Part shown: one piece after another, positions 12,185 to 23,678 of the stretch
Layout of the letters: every line of letters starts with the position of its first letter
Position numbering within the stretch: position 1 is the stretch's first letter
From: Octopus bimaculoides
Lineage: Eukaryota
Assembly: GCF_001194135.2 (NCBI RefSeq)
Contig: NC_069004.1
Location: 1,663,001-1,695,549, forward strand
DNA: 32,549 nucleotides
Reading direction: 5' to 3'
Notes under the pieces: generated by a model
Told to the model about the DNA's origin: nothing
What the model saw: the letters and a program-made list of their open reading frames with translations, nothing else
The model's database searches: none
Translations under genes and position numbers: made by a program

Positions 12185-12568
12185 ATTCTAATTTAATCAG
12201 AAACAGTATTCACATTAGCAACGCCTGTTATGGCGTTCACAACAACGTATTACATCTTCATTGTAAGTCTCCAAAAGTCATAAAAAAGGTGATCCAGATG
12301 ATTTTTGCAACCAAGGCAGAAAGTGAACATTGCCCCAAGGTGACAAACGAAGCTAACTACAAGGAAGGCTGCTGCACCCTGAGGGACGGAGACTGCACCG
12401 TTTCAGTTATCAATGAACATGATTTTTCCCACTGCATTGGGATGCAGGAATGTTCGCATTTAAGTACGTGGATGCTAATTGGAAACAAATGCGAGCAAGG
12501 CGTCTACCCTCAATATTCAAGCTTCATGGCAATTAAGTACCTGTGCGGAGAACCGGAAGGGAAGAAAT
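12185..12568 (+). CDS. Type I membrane protein, Cys-rich SUEL/rhamnose-binding-lectin-like domain exon
   Basis: ctttcttttcag acceptor, gtgagt donor, 384 nt fully open, phase 1 to 1. SNLIRNSIHISNACYGVHNNVLHLHCKSPKVIKKVIQMIFATKAESEHCPK...EGCCTLRDGDC...HCIGMQEC...NKCEQGVYPQYSSFMAIKYLCGEPEGKK. The C-x-G-xxx-C and terminal I-x-Y-x-C pattern resembles SUEL-type lectins; the domain name comes from motif recall. Confidence 0.8.
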
Positions 12569-12624
12569 GTGAGTAGGCTTTTTTTTTCACGAGAAAATTG
12601 GTCTTTATTTATTTATTTATTTAT

Positions 12625-12725
12625 GACCGGCTTCTTTCAGTTTCCGTCGACTAAATCTGCTCACAAGGCTTTGGTTGGCCCAAGGCTATAGTAGAAGACA
12701 CTTTCCCAAGGTGCCACGCAAGGTG
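12625..12725 (-). mobile_element. SINE family B core
   Basis: ggcttctttcagtttccgtcgactaaat...aaggctttggttggcccaaggctatagtagaagacactttcccaaggtgccacg. Confidence 0.85.
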
Positions 12726-14324
12726 CTGCGTTCCCCATATAATTATCTCATAAGTATGATAAAGGAATCAATTAGTAACCCTTAATGAGGTCCTTTTATA
12801 TGTGTACTTCATCAGAGCTGATTTGAGCTAAGCAACAATGACAACAACTAAGACGATAAACATAGAACCTCGGTACAGAGACTGCTTTTACTGTTGTCGT
12901 CTCTTACAGAGATCTTCTTATCGAACTCGTTTGCTTGTTGCAAGAAGAGTGACTGTGTGTCACTTATTTTCTATATATATTGCAGGCTGGGGTTAACAAC
13001 TACTATGTCTAGCAGACGAGTATCCATCACCGAGGATAACTATAATAAGGTCGAAACCGCATGGTCTGGTAGTCTCCATAGCTGGTTTAGTAGGGACTTC
13101 TCTTCCCACTTCTAATTTTTTACCGTGTGCAGAGAGCACTGAATAAGCTGCCGGGTGAGCGTCCTCCTGGGGTTAAAATAACGATATCGTCTGTTCTTCG
13201 AGGACAGCAATGTTCAGATGGCGATAAGCATTACTTTTCAGAGTAGATACTACTTTCGATTCTTAAACAGATTTTCTTAACGATAAAAAAAGATCACAAA
13301 AGAAATTCTTATCTAATAATTTCCAGTTAATTATATCATCTGAACAAGGCATTTAATGGTATTATACAATATCATTAAATAAACAAATGGATGTAAGTAT
13401 CTCGAATAATGTAAAGATTGATCATATCAGTTGTGTGTAATTAGGAGCGTACAGGTCCTATCCTCTAACCAAAACTCTTCGAAAGTGAATGTTTAGACAG
13501 TAACACACCCGAAAAGTCCTCAAAGCTTTTATAGTTTTCATTAGATCAACTGCTGAAACAGCGCTATTTACCTCTCTCTATTTGACTGGCACACTTTAAG
13601 AAGCTGTGTGACTGGTCTGGCTTTGTTAGTAACCTATTGTACAGCCATAATCACTCTTGACTGCGATGGAACGTATTTCGAACATTTCAAACGATTCCTT
13701 TGTAAATCGACGGCTCCAGGAAAACATTACTTCTGTTTATATTTTGGGAGGGGTGTTTTCTTCTTTCTTTTTTTTTTACTGTTTTTTTTTGTCTTTTCAT
13801 TTTTTGTTAATGGTGATTTTTTTTTTTTTTTTTTGCTCTTCTTTCACTTGTGTTTATTTTTATTTCATTTTTTTTTTATGGGTTTACAGTTTATCGAAAA
13901 GTTAGTTTAAAGACTTCAACTTTGTTCAGAAACAAACAAGTTTTGGAAGAGAAAAACAAGTTTGAGATTAAATATTTGAAATAGATAAATAAATAATATA
14001 ACATATTATAATAGAGAACACAATACCAAGATTAATCGCAAAACAAAAGAAGGATAGGGGTTCTTTTCTGGTTTCTCATAAACAACTTTGATTATCAGCT
14101 GCCTGGGTTGATAGTGCGTTTGTTATCAGTCCGACAGACAGGCCGATAGCTTATATGACGTGGCTAAAAAATTCTTGTCCCTCTTTTTTCTTTTTCTTTT
14201 TTTTATTAGGCAGTCACCTTGGCAGTGTTTGAAATCAAAATGTTCCTCAATACTGATATACTGTGGACATTTTATCCGATGCTCCAGCGATTCTGTATAT
14301 ACACAGAGACACTGAGACACACAG

Positions 14325-14455
<131 letters not shown>

Positions 14456-14897
14456 TTGACAGATGACACAAAAGAAATCACTTTAAACTTGCATAATTAT
14501 TGCGGCTTTTTTTCAATANNNNNNNNNNNNNNNNNNNNNNNNNNNNNNNNNNNNNNNNNNNNNNNNNNNNNNNNNNNNNNNNNNNNNNNNNNNNNNNNNN
14601 NNNNNNNNNNNNNNNNNNNNNNNNNNNNNNNNNNNNNNNNNNNNNNNNNNNNNNNNNNNNNNNNNNNNNNNNNNNNNNNNNNNNNNNNNNNNNNNNNNNN
14701 NNNNNNNNNNNNNNNNNNNNNNNNNNNNNNNNNNNNNNNNNNNNNNNNNNNNNNNNNNTAAAAAAAAGAAGTCGGAGAAAACTCTTCAAATGTAAACCAA
14801 GTAGAAATGTACAAAAATTTACATTTTTTAAAATCTTATTTTTGCTTCATTTTGAAAAATAAAACAATATTTCATGGTTCATTATTGTTAATATTTT

Positions 14898-15110
14898 AAG
14901 GCGGCGAGCTGGCAAATTCGTTAGCACCCTGGGGCGAAACGCTTAACGGTATTTCGTCTGTCTTTATGTTCTGAGTTCAAATTCTGCCGAGGTCAACTTT
15001 ATCTTTCGGGATCGATAAATTAAGCACCAGTTACGTACTGGGGTCGATCTAATCGATCTGGCCCCCTCATCCAAAATTTCGGGCCTTGTGCCAAGAGTAG
15101 AAAGGATTAT
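14898..15110 (+). mobile_element. SINE family A, near full length
   Basis: aaggcggcgagctggcaaattcgttagc...gagttcaaatt (B-box-like)...gtagaaaggattatt tail. Confidence 0.88.
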
Positions 15111-15763
15111 TGTATATATATTGAATTACATATATATGGGGGGGGCACCAAAATCTTTAAAATGCTTAGGGCTTGTCTGGGAGATAATCTCAAAAGCAGA
15201 GGAAGCAAGGTCGTGGAGAGAGGCTCTTACTGGTTCCTGGATATTCTTTTACTTGTTTCAGTCTTTTGACTGTGGCCATGCTGGAGCACCACCTTAAAGT
15301 GATTTAGACGAAGAAATAGACCGCAGGACTTACTCTTTGTAAGCCTGGTGCTTGATCTATCGATCTNNNNNNNNNNNNNNNNNNNNNNNNNNNNNNNNNN
15401 NNNNNNNNNNNNNNNNNNNNNNNNNNNNNNNNNNNNNNNNNNNNNNNNNNNNNNNNNNNNNNNNNNNNNNNNNNNNNNNNNNNNNNNNNNNNNNNNNNNN
15501 NNNNNNNNNNNNNNNNNNNNNNNNNNNNNNNNNNNNNNNNNNNNNNNNNNNNNNNNNNNNNNNNNNNNNNNNNNNNNNNNNNNNNNNNNNNNNNNNNNNN
15601 NNNNNNNNNNNNNNNNNNNNNNNNNNNNNNNNNNNNNNNNNNNNNNNNNNNNNNNNNNNNNNNNNNNNNNNNNNNNNNNNNNNNNNNNNNNNNNNNNNNN
15701 NNNNNNNNNNNNNNNNNNNNNNNNNNNNNNNNNNNNNNNNNNNNNNNNNNNNNNNNNNNNNNN

Positions 15764-15816
15764 CTACGTTAAGGCTACGTCAATGGTACAATTGTCTGTG
15801 GAGTGTTCAGCCACTT
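15764..15816 (+). CDS. Same gene, visible 3' end of a probable CUB-like ectodomain exon (remainder in gap 15367-15763)
   Basis: Frame YVKATSMVQLSVECSAT, phase-1 gtacat donor (weak) compatible with the next exon. Resembles the end of the CUB-like domain that follows SUEL-like domains in molluscan membrane proteins (inference). Confidence 0.5.
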
Positions 15817-15842
15817 GTACATTAATTCCAGGAGCAATTGTT

Positions 15843-16062
15843 AGGAGGCGAGTTGGCAGAAGCGTTAGCACGCCGGGCGAAATGCTTAGCGCTATTTCGT
15901 CTGCTACTACGTTCTTAGTTCAAATTCCGCCGATGAACATTTTGCTTTTTATCCTTTCGGGGTCGATAAATTAAGTACTAGTGAAAGACTGAGGTCGATC
16001 TAATCGACTGGTCCCCTCCCCAAAAATTTCGGACCTTGTGCCTGCCTAGAGTAGAAAAGAAT
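15843..16062 (+). mobile_element. SINE family A, near full length
   Basis: Colinear with 14898-15110. Confidence 0.88.
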
Positions 16063-16179
16063 TTCATGAGCAATTGTTCCGGCGATCGGATCAACTGGAA
16101 ACCGCGTCGTCGTAATCGAAGAGAGCCAATTAGGTTGATACACATAATAATTGTAAACTTTTTATTTATTTTTATACAG

Positions 16180-16227
16180 CGACAACTGAAATGACTACAG
16201 CAAAGGTAACTGCAGCAACGAACACAT
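16180..16227 (+). CDS. Same gene, Thr-rich stalk exon 1
   Basis: tttttatacag acceptor, gtaagt donor, 48 nt, phase 1 to 1; TTEMTTAKVTAATNT. Confidence 0.75.
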
Positions 16228-16522
16228 GTAAGTAATTTTAAGTTCTAAATAATTTGATGTTTTTATTTGCTCTTGAATTCGTACAACCTATTGCAGTGTA
16301 TGTTGATGGGTCTGTTTCCAGTTATTTCGTATATTAAATCATTTAAGAGGCCAACATTTCCTTTTAACGTGGGCATGGACGAGGAAATGCTGGCCTGACC
16401 GCCTAGCCAGATGGGTGGCATTCGAAAGCCACAACATTGCAAGGAAGCACATTGTAACAAGCTATGTATAACATCATCTGATAATCTGGTTGACACATAG
16501 TGATGTATATATATATATGTGT

Positions 16523-16700
16523 AGGGGGAGAATTCACAAAAAAAAGAAGACAGGTGGTGTAGACAACAAACAAATTATTAGTATAACGCTCGGGAAGTGA
16601 AAAAGTCTTTAACGTTTCGAGCCGACGCTCTTCCACAGAAAGGAACACAGAAAGAAACAAGGAGAGAAAATAAAGAATGCGTAGTGGCTAGCGATCTATC
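16523..16700 (-). mobile_element. Penelope-like terminal repeat fragment, copy 2
   Basis: Homologous to 4421-4600; also follows a TA-rich tract. Confidence 0.55.
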
Positions 16701-16739
16701 ATGGCGAATGCCGGACATACATACATATATATATATATA

Positions 16740-16892
16740 CGACAAGCTTCCACGCAGTTTCTCTCAACCTAATTTACTCACAAGAGATTGGTTGACCCTG
16801 GGTTAGAGCAGAAGACACTTGCGCCACGTGGAATTGAACCCGAAAAATCAGGTAGTAGCAAAGCGAGCTTCTTAACCTCACGGCCATACCTG
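16740..16892 (-). mobile_element. SINE family B with tRNA-like head
   Basis: Core plus rc head with gggttcaattcc B box. Confidence 0.8.
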
Positions 16893-17071
16893 CTTATGTA
16901 TATACAAAGACTCGTTTATGTAGCTTTTGTTGTTGTTGCCGTAGTTGTCGCAGTCGTGACTTATTGTCATTTTTATTAGCGAAGGAACTTCGTTTTTGAA
17001 TTTAAATTGAAATTTTATTCCATCATTTCTGTCCATTTATTTATTTATTCATTTATTTATCTTCATTGCAG

Positions 17072-17113
17072 CCCTGCGAATGTCTACGACCGAAAAATCT
17101 CTGCCAGTAACAA
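17072..17113 (+). CDS. Same gene, stalk exon 2
   Basis: cttcattgcag acceptor, gtaagt donor, 42 nt, phase 1 to 1; LRMSTTEKSLPVT. Confidence 0.75.
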
Positions 17114-17355
17114 GTAAGTAGAATGAAATTTACTTCACGGTCCCATTGCTTCAGGTTCAGTCCCACAGCGTTGCGCTTTAGGCAGGTGTCTTTTACTACA
17201 GCCCTGGGCCTTGTGATCACCAGGGAAGTCTGAGTTTCCCAGCAACGGAGTTTTGTTTCGTGGGTTCTCTTTCTTTTCCGAGTTATCTCCCATGACTTCA
17301 ACGAATGTGACATCGAAAAAACGCGTAAACGGCTCCTTTCCCCAGAAAAGGAAAG

Positions 17356-17466
17356 ATTTGGCTGTTATTTCTTGCACGCCCTGCTACTACGCAACAGGTA
17401 TTTCGGGTCCTTTATCGCAAATACCTGTTACGTGGTAGCAGGGCGTGCTAGAAACAGCAGTCAAAT
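17356..17466. repeat. 48-bp imperfect inverted repeat, 15-nt spacer
   Basis: 17356-17403 vs rc of 17419-17466, six mismatches. Confidence 0.9.
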
Positions 17467-18016
17467 ATTTGGCGGTGAGATACGTTGAATGCACTCGAAA
17501 GAAACCGATGGGAAAAAACTTTTTCACACCGAGATTACGAACGGGTCTTTTACGAAATATTTACTGTACTTTTAAAGTCATTTTCACTTCAAAATATTTT
17601 GCTCACCATAATGTGTCTAATGGAAAGGCTAGAGTTCCTTCCCTTTCAGAGTTAACTTATTTTCGGAGTATTTTCCCCTTATGCACCGTTTTGGGTATTT
17701 ATACCCCACCCCAAACCTCGAATATCTCAATAATCACTGCTACAGTTTACGTGAAACTTGTGTTATTCCGTTTGTATTCACATTTCAGGGGCACTTTACT
17801 TTCAAAGTATTTTCCCATTAGGCGCCAGTTTGGCTGTGTAACACTGCAACCAAGCAAGCAAGATTGAAGTTTCATCCGAATCCATGCAGCGGTTCTTGAG
17901 ATATCTTGTCCACGGACAAACAAACACGACTGAATACAGTATCTCCGCCTTTGCTAAGGTGGAAGTGATAAATATAATGAAATCGATGCTAAACTTGTGT
18001 TGTTTCGTTTATTTAG

Positions 18017-18145
18017 AAAACACGCCAGACAACATCGTAAAATCGGTTACGAAAACAACTAAAGGCAAAAACTATAATTCCACCAGCACCACAGAGAACA
18101 CTAACGTGGCACCGATTCGGGCAGAAAGCGAACAGCCAGCTTTAA
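18017..18145 (+). CDS. Same gene, stalk exon 3
   Basis: gtttatttag acceptor, gtaagt donor, 129 nt, phase 1 to 1; NTPDNIVKSVTKTTKGKNYNSTSTTENTNVAPIRAESEQPAL. Confidence 0.8.
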
Positions 18146-18496
18146 GTAAGTTTCATCGATTAATATTTCGCTTCGTTAACATAGAATTACTCATACGGCA
18201 TTTTAAACCTCTCACTTGCTACGTGTGTGTGTATATGTGTGTTATTTTGGTCGAGTCGGTCTCTTACTACTCTGTTATTTAATTTCAATACAGACTATGC
18301 AGGCTTATAGCCTAAAGCAGACCCAAAAGTGCCGCTCCCATAAAAGTGCCGCCCGGGCGGACCGCCTACTCCACCTCCTCGGAAAAATAATCCGGAAACC
18401 TTGTTCGGTACCGGATCGATCCTACACTCTAATCAGTTCGTGCTAGTCACGAGGCCAAACATCCCTGAAAGAATGTAAAAGATATCACCGGAGAGA

Positions 18497-18770
18497 ATGC
18501 GTGTTCTAATGGTTAAGATGTTGTGCTCTGGATCATAAGATTGTGGTTTCGATTCCTGGACCAGGTGACGCATTGTGTTCTTGAGCAAAACACTTCATTT
18601 CACGTTGCTCCAGTCCACTCCGCTGTTAATGAGTTCCAGCAATAACTGGGAAGTTAACTCTGCGATGGACTGGCGATCCATCCAGGTGGAAAGTGTTGTA
18701 ATCTCAATCAATTATAAGCCATTGAAACGTGGCTCTGGCTTAATGATTGCTGGGACTCATGGCAGACTTA
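18497..18770 (+). mobile_element. SINE family C (tRNA head, ttcttgagcaaaacacttcatttcac core, gcgatggactggcg V-domain-like block)
   Basis: A-box-like start and ggtttcgattcc B box; related reverse pieces at 27155-27260 and 31365-31515. Confidence 0.75.
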
Positions 18771-18821
18771 ACCGACGACCATACTAATATGGAAACCTTA
18801 ATACGTTTCATTTCATTTCAG

Positions 18822-18903
18822 TGTTGGGAGCTATAATTGCTATCACTTGCGGAGTTATTGGAATGTTGTTAAGTGTTCTCTGTCTCTGGATATATTGTCG
18901 CAC
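18822..18903 (+). CDS. Same gene, transmembrane exon
   Basis: tttcatttcag acceptor, gtaagt donor, 82 nt, phase 1 to 2; LGAIIAITCGVIGMLLSVLCLWIYCR, a hydrophobic run followed by basic residues. Confidence 0.85.
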
Positions 18904-19546
18904 GTAAGTTCATTCATTCGTACATATCTTCATTTATACAGTTATTCATTCCTTAGAACCGAGACCATACTAACAATTTCTGGGCGCAACCACATCGCAA
19001 TTGAAAAAGTCGTGGAAAGAGCTAGGTCGAGGAACCTATAATAAACCGTCGCCGTAACACTGCGGAAGGTGATGGACCACGTGCTACGCATGCTCACGAA
19101 GAGACCAGCGCGAGCCTCTCTCTCTCTAATGGAAGCCGCAGGTGGGGAGGGGTGGGAAACGCTGAAGACGAAGAAACTTCGTTGAAGACCAAGGAATCGG
19201 AACTGGCGGAAATGGACCTGATCTGAGATCAGGTTCTGTGACAAGACTTGCAATTGTGCTGTTGGGAGATTTCTCACCACCCGACGCTCATAAGGGTGCA
19301 GGAGGAACTAAGCTTAGCAAAAACATTGATTTGACTAGCTTAGGATTCAGTCATGCCTATCAAAAAGTTTCTGAACTGGTGAGACGATATCCTACAAACA
19401 GCATCCAAATGCCAAGTACTTTCACCTGGAAATAATCAAGCCAACGTATCGCTTGTCAAGACAGAAGTATCAGTTGAGATCGATAAATTGAACCAGCACC
19501 CATCAACAAAATTTCTGGCTTTGTGCCAATTGTACAAAAAAAAAAT

Positions 19547-19735
19547 GTGGCAGCGAGTTGGCAAAATTCTTTACAGTATTTATTCCGGTTTTCTGAGTTC
19601 AAATTCCGTCGAGGTCATCTTTGCCTTTCATCTTTTCACTGTGAATAAAATAAAGACCCAGCTAAACACTAGGGCCAATGTAGTCGAAAAACCCTTTTCT
19701 CCTAAAACTTCTGACCTTTGCCAAAATTTGAAACA
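19547..19735 (+). mobile_element. SINE family A, diverged
   Basis: ggcagcgagttggcaaaa...ctgagttcaaattccgtcgaggtcatctttgcctttcatc. Confidence 0.75.
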
Positions 19736-19829
19736 AACGAAAGACCTACATACAAATGAATTAACCGTTTTGATACGTTTTCTGTGTGTGAGTAATAACT
19801 GAACTATTTCGTTGTTTGTTATATTATAG

Positions 19830-20166
19830 TAAGAACCAGACGTCTCCAGATCCAGATACGCATAAAGTACCGACAAGGTTTTGGAATAATATCCTACCCC
19901 AGTCGTTAACGCCAAAGTCTTTCGGTAAAGGTTACAACAACTTTACAAGTTTTATGCCATCCAGCTATCCTGCATTCCCATACAAAGACGGACAACATGC
20001 GCATATATTGCGATCTACATCAGATGCCAGTCAGTCAGACCAATCAGTTTCATCTTGTGGCAACCAGTTAAGTGAACGATCTCCTCCGAATACACCAAGT
20101 AAATCCCGTTCGCCACAAGATGGCGCCCCGTTCGCTTTTACAATAGTCAATAACTTGGCTACATAA
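19830..20166 (+). CDS. Same gene, terminal exon (cytoplasmic tail)
   Basis: atattatag acceptor, phase 2 matches the TM exon (AC+T = Thr). KNQTSPDPDTHKVPTRFWNN...GAPFAFTIVNNLAT-stop, Ser/Pro-rich. Confidence 0.8.
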
Positions 20167-20195
20167 AAGCCACTACCTACAACAGCTTCATATTA

Positions 20196-20231
<36 letters not shown>

Positions 20232-20754
20232 NNNNNNNNNNNNNNNNNNNNNNNNNNNNNNNNNNNNNNNNNNNNNNNNNNNNNNNNNNNNNNNNNNNNN
20301 NNNNNNNNNNNNNNNNNNNNNNNNNNNNNNNNNNNNNNNNNNNNNNNNNNNNNNNNNNNNNNNNNNNNNNNNNNNNNNNNNNNNNNNNNNNNNNNNNNNN
20401 NNNNNNNNNNNNNNNNNNNNNNNNNNNNNNNNNNNNNNNNNNNNNNNNNNNNNNNNNNNNNNNNNNNNNNNNNNNNNNNNNNNNNNNNNNNNNNNNNNNN
20501 NNNNNNNNNNNNNNNNNNNNNNNNNNNNNNNNNNNNNNNNNNNNNNNNNNNNNNNNNNNNNNNNNNNNNNNNNNNNNNNNNNNNNNNNNNNNNNNNNNNN
20601 NNNNNNNNNNNNNNNNNNNNNNNNNNNNNNNNNNNNNNNNNNNNNNNNNNNNNNNNNNNNNNNNNNNNNNNNNNNNNNNNNNNNNNNNNNNNNNNNNNNN
20701 NNNNNNNNNNNNNNNNNNNNNNNNNNNNNNNNNNNNNNNNNNNNNNNNNNNNNN

Positions 20755-20791
<37 letters not shown>

Positions 20792-20802
20792 TATATATAT
20801 AA

Positions 20803-20846
<44 letters not shown>

Positions 20847-21794
20847 GCTTTAATATTACATCAAAAATCCTTTGTATTTAACATTGAGCGAAGGTATAGA
20901 AAGGAAAAGATACGTTTTCCAGCAACAGATTTAAATTTCGAAATCGAGAAAGAGAGAACACTATTTTTATTACAACAAAATTCTTCAATTATTTTAGCCA
21001 ATTCAGAATGGCTAAAATATTTAATGAGCTACTGCAGATAAATATTAGCTTTTTTCACTGCAAAAAAAAGTTGGTTTTCGTTGCTGCTCAATGTCCAGCC
21101 AAAACATCTTTGTATGAAGGAAAAGGATATACGTTCGTTTACAAAGAAAAAAAGACAAAACAAAAAACTCTTCATATGTCAATATGGTTTTTAAGGCAAT
21201 TTTTTTTTATATATTTGTTTTGATTATATTTTTATATTTTTTTATTAATTTGGATATTGATGATGCTAATGAGAAAGGAAACCAAAGAAAACGATTCCAT
21301 CTGGAATAAATCGATTGTCAGACTGAGATCGTGTCACAAACGAAAGTAGACAATGAGCTATTGCTGAAAACATTCGGGAATTCTATGAATATTATATATT
21401 TAACTCTTTTATAATCTTATCAAACTTAATTAGCAAGCTTCACACCTGTTTTGATAATAAAATGAACCTAATAAATGTTTTTCCATTTTTTTTCCCCTTT
21501 TGGAGTTTATTTTTTTCGCTCTGATTTAATTTTGAGTGGCAGACTTAATGCATCATCCATTGGGACAATGCAACCCCCCTGGTATGGTGGCATCTTCCAT
21601 TTTTTATTTGTTTCAGTCGTTGGAATGCGGCCATGCTGGGGCACTTCCTTGGTGGTGGTGGTGGTGGGAGTTTAGACGAACAAATTGACCCCAGTACATA
21701 TTTATTTATATAGTCACCAACCTGAATTTTTCCTACAAATATCTTAGGTAGGCAACTGGACTGGTAACAAGAGGTCAAACGGGTCAAAATATCT

Positions 21795-21995
21795 TCTTTT
21801 ATCTTTTACTTGTATCAGTCATTGGAATTGCAGCCATGCTGGAGCACTGCCTCTACTAGTTTTGTCAAACAAATCGAGCCCCAGTGCCTATGCTTTCTGT
21901 TTTTAAGTCTGGCACTTATTCCATCAGTCTCTTTAGTCAAACTGCTATGTTATGGAGATGTAAACAAACCAAGACTGGTTGTCAAGCAGTGTGGC
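21795..21995 (-). mobile_element. SINE 3' module, reverse orientation
   Basis: tcttttacttgtatcagtcattgg...gccatgctggagcac matches rc of 29290-29345. Confidence 0.75.
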
Positions 21996-22454
21996 TGGGT
22001 AACATACACACACACACACACACATATACATACATATATATATATTTCTTTTTTGAAGTGGTGAAGCACAAAGTAGATAAAGCTATAAACAACAGCATGT
22101 AAGTAATTGGGTTACACACTATTATTTATAGCTCTATCTGCTTCAAGTTTCACCATTCCAAAAGTGAATTATTTCACATTTTCTTCAAGTCTCTAAATTC
22201 TTATGATGTCAACAATACATACATGCATACATATATACATACACACACACACATACATAAAGTTGTAAATGACTGAGAAAGTTTGATGAAATTTTATTTA
22301 AAAATAACAAAAATCAAATACCACAAATTGTTTCATAACTTAAAACATGTAGATAATTTATATTATTATATTTAAAACTCTCTAATAATTATTTCTTATT
22401 ATTTTTATAAACCTCCCTTCTTATCTTAAGTACCTTTCAGTTTCTGTCTAACAA

Positions 22455-22582
22455 ATCCACTGATAAGGAATGAGTTGGCCTAGTACTTCAGTCGAAGGCA
22501 CACGCACAGGGTGACTTGCTATGGGATTGAACTCAAAACCACATAGTTGCAAAGAAAATTTCTTAACCACACAGTTATGCCT
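22455..22582 (-). mobile_element. SINE family B, diverged
   Basis: gggattgaactc (rc B box) and cttaaccacacag...atgcc head. Confidence 0.65.
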
Positions 22583-22952
22583 TGTCATTAGAGTGAATGT
22601 AAATACATATACACTTCAAAGAGAAGATTAATAATTAAAAAAAAGTTATCTTCAATCAAAGAATTAAAGAAATACAAGTTTATTTTATATTTAAATTAGA
22701 TACATAGAGAGAGAGAGGCGGGGAACAACAAATAAAAAAGAATCAAGACAGAGTACCAGGTGGGACTCACCTGGTACTGTCTTTAGATTTCTTTAATATA
22801 TTTGCTTCTCAACCGTTTCGCTAGAATCAGAGCATAATATATTCCGTGTAGTTTCTCCATTTAAAATTCTGGAATGGTGTTTGGGATTAAATCGGTATCA
22901 TTGATTATGATCTATAAAATCAATAAAATAGCAAGATCAATTCTGAAGATAT

Positions 22953-23053
22953 TTAGTCAAACCAATGTTCTCCCAAGCACTCAGTTGACCATTTTTTTCC
23001 ACAGACCCAGCACCATTCTGCTTCACATTTACAAATCATGTGGTTACAACCAC
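22953..23053 (-). CDS. PRKN: Parkin-like, terminal coding exon (RING2/Rcat)
   Basis: ttttaatag acceptor, phase 1. [33 protein letters not shown]-stop (TAA); ends in the Parkin-type HWFD. Confidence 0.93.
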
Positions 23054-23584
23054 CTATTAAAACAAAAGAGTAAAAAAAAAAACATTATAGAAAACAAAAT
23101 TTATCAGATGAATTTATTAAGCAAGTAATGTTATTTTCAGCTTAAAAATTAAGTACCAGTTACGCAAATCCACTCATAAAGCACTAATTAGCCCAAGAAG
23201 GCTATTTGCCCACAATGCTGTGCAGTGGGAAAGTTACTTTACTCAAGGGCCATGCCTGCACCAACCATTCTTAAGAGCCCTAGACATTTAGATCAGTCTT
23301 GCCAAACCGTCTGACAAATGTGCCCTTGTAAAATACCCTCTTATTCCATGTAAAAATCCACAGTAAACAAAACACAGCAGGGATCAGACAAATCACCCCT
23401 TAACTCGCCCGAAACCACAGGGGAGAAAATGCAGGCTAAAGGCAGAGGTTGTACGTAAAATGTAAAATACAGAAAACTAGAAAGTCTTCAATCACTATGA
23501 AAGACAAAGATCAAAAAGCCTATGGGGTGAGGGACAAAATAAACCCATAGAGAAATGGAAAATAATTCTCAAAGAATAACTTAC

Positions 23585-23678
23585 CACTTTTCTCAACATT
23601 GACTTCACATTTTGGACACTTCTTAGAGATTTTATGAATCAAGGTAGCTGACTGTTGTGCCAATTGGTGATCTGGATA
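23585..23678 (-). CDS. PRKN: Parkin-like, exon equivalent to PRKN exon 11 (REP and start of RING2)
   Basis: ttctgcag acceptor, gtaagt donor, 94 nt, phase 0 to 1. YPDHQLAQQSATLIHKISKKCPKCEVNVEKS vs human ...[26 protein letters not shown]. Confidence 0.92.

Noticed and set aside
13561-13672. Hydrophobic frame (GLALLVTYCTA) resembling a signal peptide
   Set aside because: It lies downstream of the lectin exon, has no in-frame ATG and has weak splice sites.
14210-14294. Strong acceptor followed by QSPWQCLKSKCSSILIYCGHFIRCSSDS, with LDLa-like Cys spacing
   Set aside because: No DxSDE acidic motif, weak donor, and its phase does not join the phase-1 lectin exon.
17445-17867. 140-aa plus-strand ORF inside the lectin-like gene
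   Set aside because: No motif, no usable splice frame; intronic and AT-rich.
19216-19234. 9-bp perfect palindrome acctgatct-g-agatcaggt (a similar 9-bp pair occurs at 3406-3431)
   Set aside because: Too short to distinguish from chance or a repeat remnant.
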